A stretch of DNA of 64,000 nt. Source: Vicugna vicugna. Lineage: Eukaryota. Under the pieces are notes generated by a model. That model had not been told where the DNA came from. It ran no database searches and saw nothing but the letters and a program-made list of their open reading frames with translations. Position numbers and translations under genes: made by a program. Positions 1 through 26,369 of the stretch are shown piece by piece. The stretch is from the NCBI GenBank assembly GCA_013265495.1, contig MU058844.1:6571260-6635259 (forward strand), given 5' to 3'. The stretch's first letter is position 1, and each line of letters starts with the position of its first letter.

Positions 1-221
1 CCCAGTTTTGCAAAAGATGAGCACATATACATGTGAAATTATAGGTGATTTCTACCTTCAATATACCTTTTATACTTAAATATCTACTAATATACATTGT
101 TTAAAGATGATCTTAAGGTAAAAAATGAGATAAGTATATAAAACATACTGAGAAAAGTAATATTTCTCCTAAAAAGCTTACTCTAGTTCAATGGCTCAAA
201 AGTACAACACTTAACACTTAC

Positions 222-362
222 TGTATCACTATTATCACTCTGGGTTTCTGATTTTGAATCACTATCAAGATCATCTTTTTCCAAGGAAGAAATACTGATT
301 TTATCCAATTCAGCTTCTATTTCTTCCTTGAGCTTTGCATCATCATCATCACTGTCTTCCAT
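222..362 (-). CDS. LRRIQ1: LRRIQ1 (leucine-rich repeats and IQ motif containing 1), first coding exon; exon spans 366..222 and the gene continues left of the window
   Basis: Translates to MEDSDDDDAKLKEEIEAELDKISISSLEKDDLDSDSKSETQSDNSDT (47 aa), matching the recalled human N-terminus MDDDDAKLKAEIEAELDKLSISSLEKEDIESDAKSETQSDDSDT. Acceptor ttttttatgcag|GGTGATG at 367/366; donor ACA|gtaagt at 222/221. Head-to-head with TSPAN19, as in human. Confidence 0.95.
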
Positions 363-1194
363 CACCCTGCATAAAAAAACATAGAACCATTTGAAGAAAA
401 CTGAAAAGGCTAACTGTCAGTAAAAACTATAGGTTCTTTAATGTGCCATACCAACCAAACATCTTCTACATAAAATTGTTTTAGTTTAACAAACTTTTAT
501 CACACCTTATTATGGTTATATTATATATTAAAGAACATTGATTTCTCCCTATATTCATTCATTATTTCTTTAACGTTTGACTGCAAGATGATCGACTCTA
601 ATAATACCCTTTAAATTCTCTAAAGGAAAAGTTACATGGAATGGACTGGTGTACCTTTCTGAAACAAAAAACTTCATAATATAACTCATTTTTCATGGTA
701 ATAATTAATGGCAAAATATCTCTGAATAGCTTAAATATGCAGCGATTGAAATACCCATAAGATAACACGCTATGTCTCTACAGGGGAAACATCTGGCTAG
801 CTTCTACTCATTAAGACAGAGTTACTCATTTTACAAAATAGCCACATGTTTTTACCAACAATAACGTGTTGTAATAATGGATAATGTATGGCTTATAAGT
901 TCAATACTTATTTCATTTAAATCTTTAATGCTTGTAATGGATATAGATCAAGCAGTGCATTCATTATAGTATGTCTTTACATCATCATTATTAACCACCA
1001 TCAGTCAAGCTCATTATCCGCCCAGCAATCCCTCTGAATAACCTCTAGTCCAATCATCTTAAAATTGTAGATTTGAACAGTCAGTTCATTCCTATTAAAA
1101 AAAGATAATACCTTTGCCTGCCCTTCCTCTAGCTATAGATACCACATATCTTTCTTTCACACATAAATGATTTAATTGGCCTAATTTTCATGTA

Positions 1195-1895
1195 CTTCAT
1201 AAACTCAGAAAAATGAAATTTTATGTTCATACTTAAACTTGTGCAGAAATGTTCAGAATAGTTTTATGCATGATAGTCCCAAACTGGAAACAGTTAAAAA
1301 AAATCCCCCAATAGGCGAATAGTTAAACTAACTCTAGTTACATCCACACCATGGAATAGTACTCAGCAATAAAAGGTAGGAATCATTGCTATAAGCCACA
1401 GTACCAATGAATCACCATGAATCTCCAGGGAACTATGCTAAATAAAAAGCCCACACAAAAAAGTAACATACTATATGATTCCATTCATGTGACATTTTTG
1501 AAACATCAAAATTTTATAAAAATGAGGACAGATTAGTGATTTCCACTAATGGGGTGGATGGGGTTGGAAGAAGATGGTTATGGTGATAATAGGGCAACAT
1601 GAGAGATTCTTGTAGTGTTGGAACTGTTCAGTATCTTGATCGTGGTTGTGAGTAAGCATATTCAGATGATAAATACTGTATATAAAGTAATACACCAGCA
1701 AATGAGCACAAAAAATTGAAGCAATCTGTATAAGGTCAGAATAAGACTGCACCAATATCAATATCCTGGTCGTGCTGTTACACTATAGTTAACAAAACAT
1801 TACCATAGAGACAATGGACTGAGTGTATAGGAAATATTTCTGCATTATTTCTTAAAGCTGGACATGAATCTACAATCACCTCGATAAGAATTTAA
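1195..1895 (+). mobile_element. Old LINE-1 3' fragment (L1MC/MD-like)
   Basis: L1 3' motifs: cccaaactggaaaca, catccacaccatggaatagtactcagcaataaaa, tatatgattccattcat, gaactgttcagtatcttgat. Confidence 0.75.
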
Positions 1896-2486
1896 AGATA
1901 TTCTCAGTATTCCCTAAGAAAACAGTTAACTACATTATGATGGATCCATAGAATGGAATATTATATAAGACCTTTAAAAAATGGGTACATTTACTGTACT
2001 CCTTTGGAAAGGTATCCAAAAAGGAATAACTGAATAAAGGTTAAGTGGCAAGAAAACTACGCAGAGTCACATCTCTTTCGTGTAACTACACACACATACA
2101 CTTCTTTTAGACACAGAAACTTTTTGGGAGAAATTGGGGAATTTTTAAAATTTTCACTTCATACCTGTATGTTGAGTGATTTTTTAAAAATCATGTACTA
2201 CTTTTTATAACTTTAAAAGCAATTTTAAAAGATTCCATTTTACTCATAACCTCCCTCTTTCAAAATAAAATAAAACAAAATAAAACAAACACAGAACCAG
2301 TGCAAAATGATATCCCATAATCAGAGTTTTGCTAGGTGGAAAATTAGATTTTTTTTTAACGTGGCTATAAAGCAGAATACGCAGATACACAAAACTTTCT
2401 GCAGAAAGGCAGGCAGGAGAATAGGGTAAAGGAAAGAGACATTCCCATTCTATGTCCCTCTCTGCTCATCTACTGGCTCTTTACCT

Positions 2487-2806
2487 CAGCCCTGTCCAAC
2501 TATGCATTTAAGCAACACATATGATTTTAAATTTTCTAGCAGCAACTTTTTCAAATGTAAAGAGAAACAGGTTAAATTAATTTAATAATTATTCAACCCA
2601 ATCTATCCAAAATATTATTTCAACATATAATCAATAGAAAAATTATTAATTATAAGGCCAAGGTAAAGTTTAATTTCTTTTTCGTATACTAATTCTTCGA
2701 AATCTGACGTGTATTTCACACCTACAGCACGTTTCAACTAGGACTAGCTGCATTAAAGCCCTCAACAGCCACCTGTAGCTAGTGGTTACAGGACAGGGCA
2801 GTGCAG
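2487..2806 (+). mobile_element. MER33-like hAT-Charlie DNA transposon
   Basis: cagccctgtccaa...ttttaaattttctagcagc...caacccaatctatccaaaatatt...agccacctgtagctagtggttac...gacagggcag, colinear with the recalled MER33 consensus. Confidence 0.8.
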
Positions 2807-3142
2807 GCGTAGACGGGTCCTACAGCAAATGGGCTAGAGTAAACTACTTCAAGTTGACAATGAATCACTTTGAGTTGGCTAAAGGTGCCAAAAGTGGACA
2901 ATTTTAAGGAACTCCACCCTTTAACTATATAGTTCTTCATGTTCTGAGTAAACTATCGAAATCTCCAAAACTGAAAGGAGCCTCTAGGTCCGCAGACTGG
3001 CGCAGCCACCCGCTCGGCGCGCGGTTCCCTCTCTGCCCTAAAGCCCGGCCTCGGCGGAGAGGGGCCCGGCTCCGCCTGCGCCCCCGCAGCTCTGCCTCCC
3101 TTCCCGCTACACGAACCCCAGCCTTGAGGGACCCCGGCTCAC

Positions 3143-3200
3143 CCAGCAGAGGCTAAATCCTCCGGTGGTTGGAAGACAGCGCCCAGAGCCTCCAAACAAA
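3143..3200 (-). other. LRRIQ1: Probable non-coding exon 1 of LRRIQ1 (5' boundary approximate)
   Basis: Minus-strand donor CTGG|gtgagc at 3143/3142, inside the CpG island and just downstream of the X-box. The TSS cannot be fixed from sequence. Confidence 0.6.
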
Positions 3201-3203
3201 AGA

Positions 3204-3217
3204 GTAACCACGGCAAC
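3204..3217. promoter_or_regulatory. RFX X-box
   Basis: GTAACCACGGCAAC fits the consensus GTNRCC-N(0-3)-RGYAAC. Confidence 0.7.
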
Positions 3218-3269
3218 CGCCAATCCCAAGGAAGATGGACCGGCCTTTCCTTACCGGTGCCCCAGTAGG

Positions 3270-3345
3270 ACAAACTAACTCTATTCGAAATTGCAACGAA
3301 TGCTTCATCACAGGAGTTGGGTGAGGAACATAAAATTTCTTCCAG
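3270..3345 (+). other. TSPAN19: Candidate non-coding exon 1 of TSPAN19 (boundaries uncertain)
   Basis: The first coding exon starts at a splice acceptor (10120/10121), so an upstream exon must exist. Two plausible donors lie next to the island: TGG|gtgagg (3320/3321) and CAG|gtaact (3345/3346). Confidence 0.4.
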
Positions 3346-5454
3346 GTAACTTTAAATATTTAAATAATTTTGGAAAGTAGTTAATGAAGAAATGACATTT
3401 TGTTACAATTACCCAAGTAGAGGTAGCCCGACCTTTAAATTGTTTCTGATCTATCTATATTTATTACTTGCACCTAATCAATGTTGATTTGCTCATGTAT
3501 AAATTGTTTATTCCACCAAATCTTAATCCTGTTCTGAATAGAGACTTCTGGAGCCTGAAATTATGGAAGTCAAGCCAGTAAACTGTTTGCCTTCCATAAC
3601 AACAGTTGATTTAAAACAAACAAACAAACCCAATCAATTATCACTCAATGCCTGTTCAAAACTTCTAAGTGAGTAAGTGTGGGGGTAAGAAATTTGAAAA
3701 TTATTTTCTGGAATATGTTTTGCTGTAAAATATTGACGGTGGCACCCTCTGTTTTAATATAAAATTTAAAGTTTAAGTGTATCATGCTTTTTAATTTTAA
3801 CTTAAAAATTCAACAAAGTTTCTTTTTTGGCGAGCAAATATATAGTGTACAAAATGTGAAATTTCATTTTAGTAACATATTTCTGATTTCAATTTTTTTA
3901 AGAGTTTGCAAACGAAGCATTAAATTCCAAGAGGAAGTGGCTAAGCATAACTGTAAAAGATATCTGATATACAATAAAACAAAAGCAAACAGTTCAGTGA
4001 GCCTTTGAAAGAAAACAGACTGTATTTCCTGGTAACAGTAAACTTGTATTGCATCAACATAAGAATTAATATAGAATGAGAAATAAGTAGACTTTTGATA
4101 TTAAAAAATGGTGTCTACTTTAAGAAAGATGATTTTTTAAAATAAAATACTCCTGGTTTCAGATCTAATTACATTTAGGATATTTTCATTATCAAGGTAC
4201 ATGGTCAAGTGCCTTTTTTCTTTTCTTAATTCAGTTTTGTTGATATACATGCTATTCAAACTTTTCATTTAAAACACTCAGGCTACCAGATCATGTTAAA
4301 ATTCACAAGTAAAAATCTTAAGATTAATTTTATTGGTAATTATGAAATTATCCAGGCTTTGCCTAAAGAATATCAAATCCATTAGTAGTTAATCAATTCT
4401 TAAAAATAATTTGGAAGTTAATTTAGTAATCAACTAATCAGAAATTAGTTGATTACTAAAGATGTCTGAATTGCTTTCCTTCTTAAGGCTCACCTTGTCA
4501 AACAAATTGACAACAAAAAAGAAAAATATTGAAAGTTTTTCTGAAGATAAATTAATCCATGGTGCCTGTTATTACACCTCTTATACTTTGACATTATTTT
4601 TTACTTCGGAAGAAAAGTGAACAACTCTTATCCATTAGTTGTAACGTAGCTATTACTAAATTGGTAAATAAGGAAAAATACAACAATTATCTCAAATCAT
4701 TATAGATTATAAGTCAATTTAACTTGAAACTATTGTTTAATTCCACAATGTTTAGCAAAAATCTATTTAATTACAATTTTCCTAGAAACTAAAGCCTAAA
4801 ATGGATTAGGTGACTTAGTCCATAACCCTTTAATCTGAATTTTTTTTTCTTTTTAATAGGTTATTTTCTTTTCATTAAACTTTGTTCTTGTTTTGAAAAT
4901 CATCCACAGGTCTGGTTGGCTTATAGCCTTTTGGCTTAGCCCAACATATTGCCCTTAGAGAACACATATCCATATTGACTGAGACAATGAAAGGATGAAA
5001 GCAAACTGTTTGTTTCTCAGATATCTGACAAGAATAAGATTTCTTTGAAAATGTTCATTGAGTGGTGGAATTACTTTAGTTTAATTGCAGTCTTCATTAG
5101 CCATCTTATTTTTCATATGGCAGTGATATAATTTAAATATTTGAGTAACATTATAGTTTGCAAATAGCTGCATAGCAGGTGTTTCTTTGCTTCATTTTCT
5201 TGAGGGTGATTATTAAGTAATAATATTTTTAATGTGAGCTATCGTGTCAGATTCATAGACTCTGCTTCTCTTTTTCCGTTTAAAGACTATCCAGAAGTCT
5301 CAAATTGCCTCTCTAACCCTCCCTGCAGCTGCCGTGACCACTATTTGAGGCCATCACTTTCCACCAGGCCCCATTCCATTTTCCAACCTCATGAACACCA
5401 CCCTTGTGTAACCTTAGTATTTCTATACTAAGATGTGGTGTAATAAGATTTTAG

Positions 5455-5745
5455 GTAACATTCAGCCAGGTGCTGGACTAATTGCTTTACAAACATAATC
5501 TCATTTAATTTTCACAACATCCCTCTGAGATGCATTGCTGTTCTAATCGATGTTTATAGATGATGATAATGGGGCTTGCAAAGGGTAGCAAGAGAGGTTT
5601 GTATCTCTGGGTTTGGATCTCAGCTCTGCCTCATATTAACTAGATGACCTCAAGAAAGTTGTTTTACCTTCCTGAGTCTCTTTCCTCACTGGTAATATTG
5701 GGGATACTAGCATAATGGTGCCTAATTTGCAAAATTTTGATGGTC
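5455..5745. mobile_element. MIR SINE fragments (opposed orientations)
   Basis: atctcatttaattttcacaacatccctctgag and tcagctctgcc...tgacctcaagaaagttgttttaccttcctgagtctc, both MIR core motifs. Confidence 0.6.
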
Positions 5746-6641
5746 AAGGCAATCAGTATAAAGGACATATATAGAATAAGGGATAATTTAAATAGCTTAA
5801 GTATTTAAGCTCTGTAGACTTGGGTTTGGATTTCATCTTTGCATCTAATATCCCAATGCTGCCAATTCTGCTTCCTGCTATCTCTCTCATATTTCCATCC
5901 CCACTGCCATCTTGCCGTTTAGACCACACACATTTCTTATGAACTAGCATATTAGCTTTGTGCAGTATCCCCCATCTTAGGTTTCTTTTCTGTTTTGACT
6001 TCTAAGCTGACTACAAAATTATGGCTCCCCATTTTACTTTCAGAAAACATAAAAGCAAATTCTTAGCAGAGCATACATGATCCCTAGCAATCTTTACTGA
6101 GTCTGCCTCTCTAGCCTTATCTTTCCTCTCCTGCCATTCTGACCTGTGCCTCCATGCACTTCACTATGAAGCCTGTGAATACGGTGTTCCATCTGTCTTG
6201 AAAACTTCCTACTTCTACCCTGTTTTGGTCTAACTGGGAACTTCTTAATTATCCTTCAAGGATTATCTCAAATTCATCTCCTTTCTGAAACTTCCTAGTT
6301 CCATTTATTCCCAGTCCTAACATCCCCAACACCTAATTCAGATTTAGCCACAGGTTTTAATATTTGATTCCCTAATAATTTGTCTTGTTTATTCATTTTT
6401 TTGTGTGTTCCCATCTTCTGGCACTTAGAAGAAACTTAAAAACAATAACAAAAAGTAATTAGAGTATTATTTAGTGAAAAATGACACCTATGAATAGGTG
6501 AATTGTTGCAAACTGTCTTTCCCTATAGCATTTATACTATGAAAAATATCTCTGCTGTTGGACCATTAATTAACTAAACAGGAAATGAACCAAAGAAATA
6601 CCACACCAGGATATTACTTGATTAAGTTAAAAACAAAGTCT

Positions 6642-7100
6642 TATGACTCAGCCATAAAAACGAATGAAACAATGCCATTTGCAGCAACATGGATGGACCT
6701 AGTGATTATGATACTAAGTGTAGTAAGCCATAAAGAGAAAGAAAAATACCGTATGATATCATTTATATGTAGAATCTTAAAAAAAAATGACACAAATGAA
6801 CTTATTTACAAAACAGAAACAGACTCACAGACATAGAAAACAAACGTACAGTTACCGGGGGAAAAGGGGGTGGTAAGGGATAAATTGAGAATTCAGGATT
6901 TGCAGATATAAATACTATATATAAAACAGATAAGCAACAAGGTCTTACTGTATCACACAGGGAACTATATTCAATATCTCATAATAGCTTATAATGAAAA
7001 ATAATATGAAAACTAATAAATACATGTATAACTGAATCACTATACTGTACACTAGAAAGCAACACAGCATTGTAAATCAACTATATTTCAATTAAAAAAC
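6642..7100 (+). mobile_element. 5'-truncated cetartiodactyl/camelid LINE-1 3' end
   Basis: atgccatttgcagcaacatggatggacctag...aaacagactcacagacatagaaaac...gtaaatcaactatatttcaattaaaaaa. Degenerate TSD ttaaaaac(c)aaa(g/t)tctt at ~6627 and ~7102. Confidence 0.9.
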
Positions 7101-7367
7101 ATTAAAAACCAAATTCTTTGTCTATAGCAAAATAAAACAAAGTTCTTTCACACTACAAATATTTAAATAGGAACTCGAGTAACTTGTGTATTTTTGTGTT
7201 ATAACATCTTCAAGTTCATTGACGTTGTTTTGAGTATGCGGGGCTTGTGGCTGAAAGGATCGGCACCTGACCACCTCTTACCATTCTATGCAAACAGGGC
7301 TATGGGCTTCCTTGACTCATTGCTAAGACACCTTGTTTGTTGTGTTCTAACTTTACCTTGAACTCTT

Positions 7368-7704
7368 TGCTGCGGTCTGAATGTTCCCCACCCTCACTCC
7401 CTGCCCCCACCCAATTCACATGTTGAAATCCTCACACCCGGTTGTGATGGTGTTGGAGATGGGACCTTTAGGAGGTGGTTATGTTATGAGGGTGGATCCC
7501 TCATGAATGGGATTAGGGCTTTTATGGAAGAGATCCCACAGAGGTCCCTAGCCACTTCGGCCATGTGAGGATCTAAGAAGTCTGAAACCTGGCACCCTGA
7601 TCTCAGACTTCTAGCCTGCAGAATGGGGAGAAATAAATTTCTGTTGTTTATAGACTACCTTGTCTGTGGCATTTTGTTAACAGCGGCCCGAACTGACTAA
7701 ATCA
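7368..7704 (+). mobile_element. MLT1A-like MaLR solo LTR
   Basis: TG...CA ends; aattcacatgttgaaatcct, ccctcatgaatgggattag, aataaatttctgttgtttata, gaactgactaa. Confidence 0.85.
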
Positions 7705-8304
7705 CTACTGTTTTGAAATTACCACGGGCATCCTCCTTAACCAAGTGGGCTGACTTTGATAGTATGGAATTCTCACCCTTTTTGGCATCTGTCTCATGTA
7801 ACACTATTTTAGAAATTTCTTCCTCTATCAGTGTCCATGAGATCTTGCTTTGGTTATTTTCTCATTTCGTAAAAGTTGTCTCTAAAAAATAAAGATTTCT
7901 AATTATTATCATTCTCTACCATCAAACCTCCACTCATTTTTATCTGTAATGAATCCCTCATCTCTTTCACTTACTCCCATGACATCAGCTCTCTGTGGAA
8001 GATTCCCAAGCCTGAGTAACCTGTGGTGTCCACTTACCTGCATGCCATTTCCAATGCTTAACCACAAGGTATTTTTTTATCAATTCAAACCCAATTATTA
8101 AACATTAAATTCATGAAATTTATGTAATTTTTTCAAACAATTTCTATTGATTATCATTATTCTTTTATTTTCCCACTGTAAAAAAATCTTTCTGATCATC
8201 TTTGCTTCTTTCTCATCTGTAGTAAAGCATAATGAAACTGTATCCAAGCCTTCTTTTTCTCCCTCCAGCTATCTTTTATTCTGCCCTTTCTGAACTGTCA
8301 GGCA

Positions 8305-8695
8305 TTGTGTTGGCATTTCTCACCCTAATTCACTTCTTTCCATCATCTTGGGCACACAGTTGCCTCCACCTCCAGCTGAGAAGTGCCATATGACTAAGTA
8401 TGTGCCAGCCGAATAGGAGCAGAGGGAAGTGTGCAGCTTCCACTTCACTTGCTTAACAGATGCTTACCTGAGTTTATTCATCCTCTTCCTTTCTGCTGCT
8501 TGTAAAGGATGACACTTGAGCATATCTGGCAGCCATATATTGAACAGCCTGGAGAAAGCCCCATGTTCCTAAGGTGATTTCCCAGTAGAGACCTAATTAC
8601 CCACCTGGTACTGAGAAAGAAGAAACTTCTGTGTATTTTTGTATTTGGATGTTTTAATAAAACATTTTAGCCTTGACTCTAACCTGCTAATTGTT
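8305..8695 (+). mobile_element. Old MaLR LTR (MLT1I/J-like)
   Basis: cttgggcacacag...gccatatgactaagt...gagcagagggaagtgtgcagcttcc pattern. Confidence 0.55.
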
Positions 8696-10145
8696 ACCAA
8701 ATCAAGAGTCAAGTCTCTGCCTTCAGCATTTCACAACAGAGTCTCTGCAGAGAGCTCTCATTCGTTATCTCCTTTCTCTTTCTCATTTGTAGAGAAACAG
8801 AGGCTAGGACTTTGGCCCTAAATTCTCGTTCAGTATGTAGGAGAGGATCTCATATGCAGCAGTAAATAGAATTGAAGCCAAAAATGTAGATATACAGCAT
8901 CTTGGGAAGGAAACAGAAATAAAAATCAAGCAATCTTTCCAACTCAGTGTCCCATTCAAATGGGCCAGGCACTGGAGAAATCCAAGAATAAGACTAGAGG
9001 TCAGAACCTGGGGAAACCAAATGACAGCAGGTGAGTTCAAGGCACAGGGTAAAAGACAAAGCCTAGAGAGAGTCCTGAAGCTGGGAAGAAGGCCTTGGGT
9101 TGAAGTAGGTGGGGAGGTGTATGCACACTAACCTAGAAATCTCCATTTTCCAGTGCATCCTTCAGTTGAACAAATAGATTAGTTTCTTTCTAACTAGGGA
9201 CAAATAGCTTCAAATTAGTCTTACAAAATCTGCTTTCACCATGTCAATTAAACAAAACATGTATTGAAACATTGTAAATTACAGTATTTTTAAAAATAGG
9301 GAGCCAGTGAGAAATGAAACAATGAAGGAAAAAAGAAAGCCTGGAAACATACCCAAGAAAATTTAAAACATTCGTATCTAATAAACAAAGCATCCAAAAC
9401 CAATGGGGTAAGTGTTGATTTTTTTCATAAATATTTTAGGAAAATTTGCTGTCTGGAAAATAATTTTTATTTAAACCACCTGAAGTTACTTCTTTTCCTT
9501 ACACTGTATATCAAAGTAAATTGTGAACTAATTAAATGATTTAATTTACCTATTCACTGATTCATTCATTCAACAGTTATCTATTGAGTACCTACTATAT
9601 GCTAGACTTGGGGTTTAAATGGTGTAAAAGGCCTTCTCTCTCCAGTTAAAGACCTCAGAGGCTACATTGGAAGAAAGACAAGGTGAAAACAGGTAACAAA
9701 TTGAGGTTAGGGAAAGGCCTCCAAGGCAAAACCTCAGTGAGGAACAGATACTATTCTGGGAAAAAAAGGTAACAGAGGTAAATGAAAGGTTTCTAGCAAG
9801 GAGAACAAGATATGCTAAGACTGGAAACAAAATATTTTACTTTCTGAAAACTGCATGAAGTTCAGTAAGGCAGCTCTTAACATGTTATACAGATGACTCC
9901 TTGGTCTTGACTGCCTGGCCAAAAAAATGCAGATAAAGAAAAACAGGTACAGTTTCAAGATACCCTCAATATTTCTGTACATTCAGGAGATCAGAAAGAA
10001 ATGTTATACTGACTGCTGGTATGAGAAAAAATATGCAAATAAACAACATGAGTAGGCAGAATTGTTTAAAGTTGTTACTGTGGTGAGTGTTTATAGTAAA
10101 GGTTGTGCTTATTTTTTCAGAATCATCAGTATATGGAGAGGAAGA

Positions 10146-24254
<14,109 letters not shown>

Positions 24255-24411
24255 TCTTTGGATTTTAATTTGCCTGGAGGAAATCAGTTAATTCTCAAAA
24301 TAATCATGTTGCATTCTTTCAGTCCCCCAAAAGAGTTTTGAATTACATTCATTAAATTTAGGATTTATTCAAGTCATTGGTTATATCTAATACAAAATTA
24401 TTGAATATTAT

Positions 24412-24417
24412 AATAAA
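24412..24417 (+). terminator. Candidate TSPAN19 polyadenylation signal
   Basis: First AATAAA after the stop codon (~160 nt downstream), followed by T-rich sequence. A variant ATTAAA lies at 24351. Confidence 0.55.
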
Positions 24418-26060
24418 TCACTCCATGAAGTTTTTATTAATTTAGATTTTCAGAATATCAAATTCTGCAGTTCAGAACATTACCTTGACTTATTTTTTTA
24501 ATTCAAAGGATATCACCTTATATACTTATTTCAAAATGTGAAGCATCACATGTATTGTAAATTTCTTATCTAGAAAAAAATACCTATATGATGTTCAGAA
24601 AATGCTAAGTAAGTGATTATAACATGTATTTTACATTTGCAAATTTTAAGAACACAACACTCATTTACAGGAGATTTGAAGTAAAGATGGAAAATCTTCA
24701 TGATACTGATCTCTATACTGAATTAATCATTTATTTCTCTCTCCTTATAATGTTTGTAAGTGGATAATAAACATAAAGTTTTACAGATTTGGATACACTT
24801 TCATGTCAAAAATAAAATATTAAAATAAAAATGAATTTTTCACTACAGCAAAAATGATCTATTCTAAAACTCACTGAATTTCCATACTCTCTACTTGCTC
24901 CTCATTTTTCCCCTTTTTTTTGTAAGTTTTGTTTAGTGCGTGCATGTGCAATTCTCTGAAGGATATAAAAATAACTTGCCTGTGCTGTTTTCCTAACAAT
25001 GATACTATGCGAGCAGAAAAAAAGTCTTTTGAAAAAATAAAAAAGTGCTCTACAAATACGAGGTATTATATCATTGTTGTCTTTTATAGAAAAAAGCTGC
25101 ATTCACTTTAAGGAAATGAAGACAGCATAGATTAATTGAAGATTCTGCATTGATCTCGCTCCTATAGAAGGCTCACTCTCATTTACTCATTCAATTATAT
25201 CTCATTTCGTCTATCTATTCAGTACATTGCCCATTTCAGAGACCTATGGACTTTTTTTAAAGTCAGCACTTTGAAAATAGAATAACTTTTCTCTAAGTGA
25301 CCTGTAAATAGATGAGCCTTCTATTCTTTAAGGAAAATTCTCTTGGAATTTAAAGCCTACTTTCAAATTCCTACTGGAACACACTGATTGCAAAAGTCTC
25401 TCTCCTCTTGGGAGTTGAGAATCAACTTATTTGTAATCAAATAAATATTACAGAAATGTATTCTGATATATTTATTTTTGCATCAGGAAACAAAAAGGGT
25501 CTCTAGATACTTGATTGCCTATTTTCAGTTAATACAATTAAATAACAAAATACATGCCACCACTGACCAAATCTATCACCTTATGATTTTAGGAAACATT
25601 AAAGGATGTTGCTTTAAACCTTGAATAAAATAAAGACTTCTTTCGTAAGATAAAATAGAGTAGATCAGGATCATATTTCTGTCAATTTTGGTTTTTTTTT
25701 CAGTTTTCTGAGATAGAAAACTTAGAAAGTTCTGAATCAATCTGGATCAGAAGTGGAAAAGTGAGTTCGAATTTAGAACAACACATAATCCTGACTTCCC
25801 TTCAAATTGTCATATCACTTGCAAAAACGCATTTAACTTACTACAGGCTCCTCGTTTTAAATATATCTCAAAAAATCAGGGTTATTTTGTGGTGGTACTA
25901 CGTAAGTGGACTACTTTCAAATTCTTTTTATCTTCTTATCTTCTTCCAGATAAAGACACATGCATTCAGTCAACAAGCATTTAGGAGCATCGGCTACGTG
26001 CCAGGGACATTGCTCTCATTTGAGATGTGAAGATGAAGAGGCACATATATAGTTTCTCTT

Positions 26061-26218
26061 CAGGGCTGGTTTCAGGGACATACAACCTGCTTTTGGAAGA
26101 GCCCCACACTTGGTTTAATACTTGGCAGTTGCCATCTTGAAGTTCTTACTAATTTTTGAACAAGGGACGTCATATTTACATTTTGCACTGGGCTCTTTAA
26201 ATTAGGTAGTTAGCCCTG
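26061..26218 (+). mobile_element. MER45A-like hAT-Tip100 MITE
   Basis: TIR CAGGGCT...AGCCCTG; internal cttggtttaat...atcttgaagttctta...ttttgcactgggc. Confidence 0.8.
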
Positions 26219-26369
26219 TCCCCTGTAGTTAAGCTCAGAGTCAGTCACACAGCCTGACATATTTGTGAATAAATATATTGTATTTATGTTATAATCTTTA
26301 TGGACATCCAGAAAGAAAATGCCTAAGTCGGCTTTAGAAAATCAGAGAGCACTTCAAAAAGGAGAGTTA

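Larger units (their letters stand above)
2985..3260. promoter_or_regulatory. CpG island / bidirectional promoter of LRRIQ1 and TSPAN19
   Basis: Only CpG-dense, GC-rich stretch in the genic part of the window; lies between the two divergent genes. Contains an X-box (3204-3217) and CCAAT (3220-3224). Confidence 0.85.

Noticed and set aside
183..365. 60-aa ORF as a standalone protein, and a second donor-like site (A|gtaagc at 182/181)
   Set aside because: The ORF is the LRRIQ1 exon read through its donor at 222/221, so the last 12 residues are intronic. The downstream donor would include a stop codon and nothing supports its use.
6585..6836. 83-aa ORF
   Set aside because: L1 ORF2 C-terminal remnant (MPFAATWMDL).
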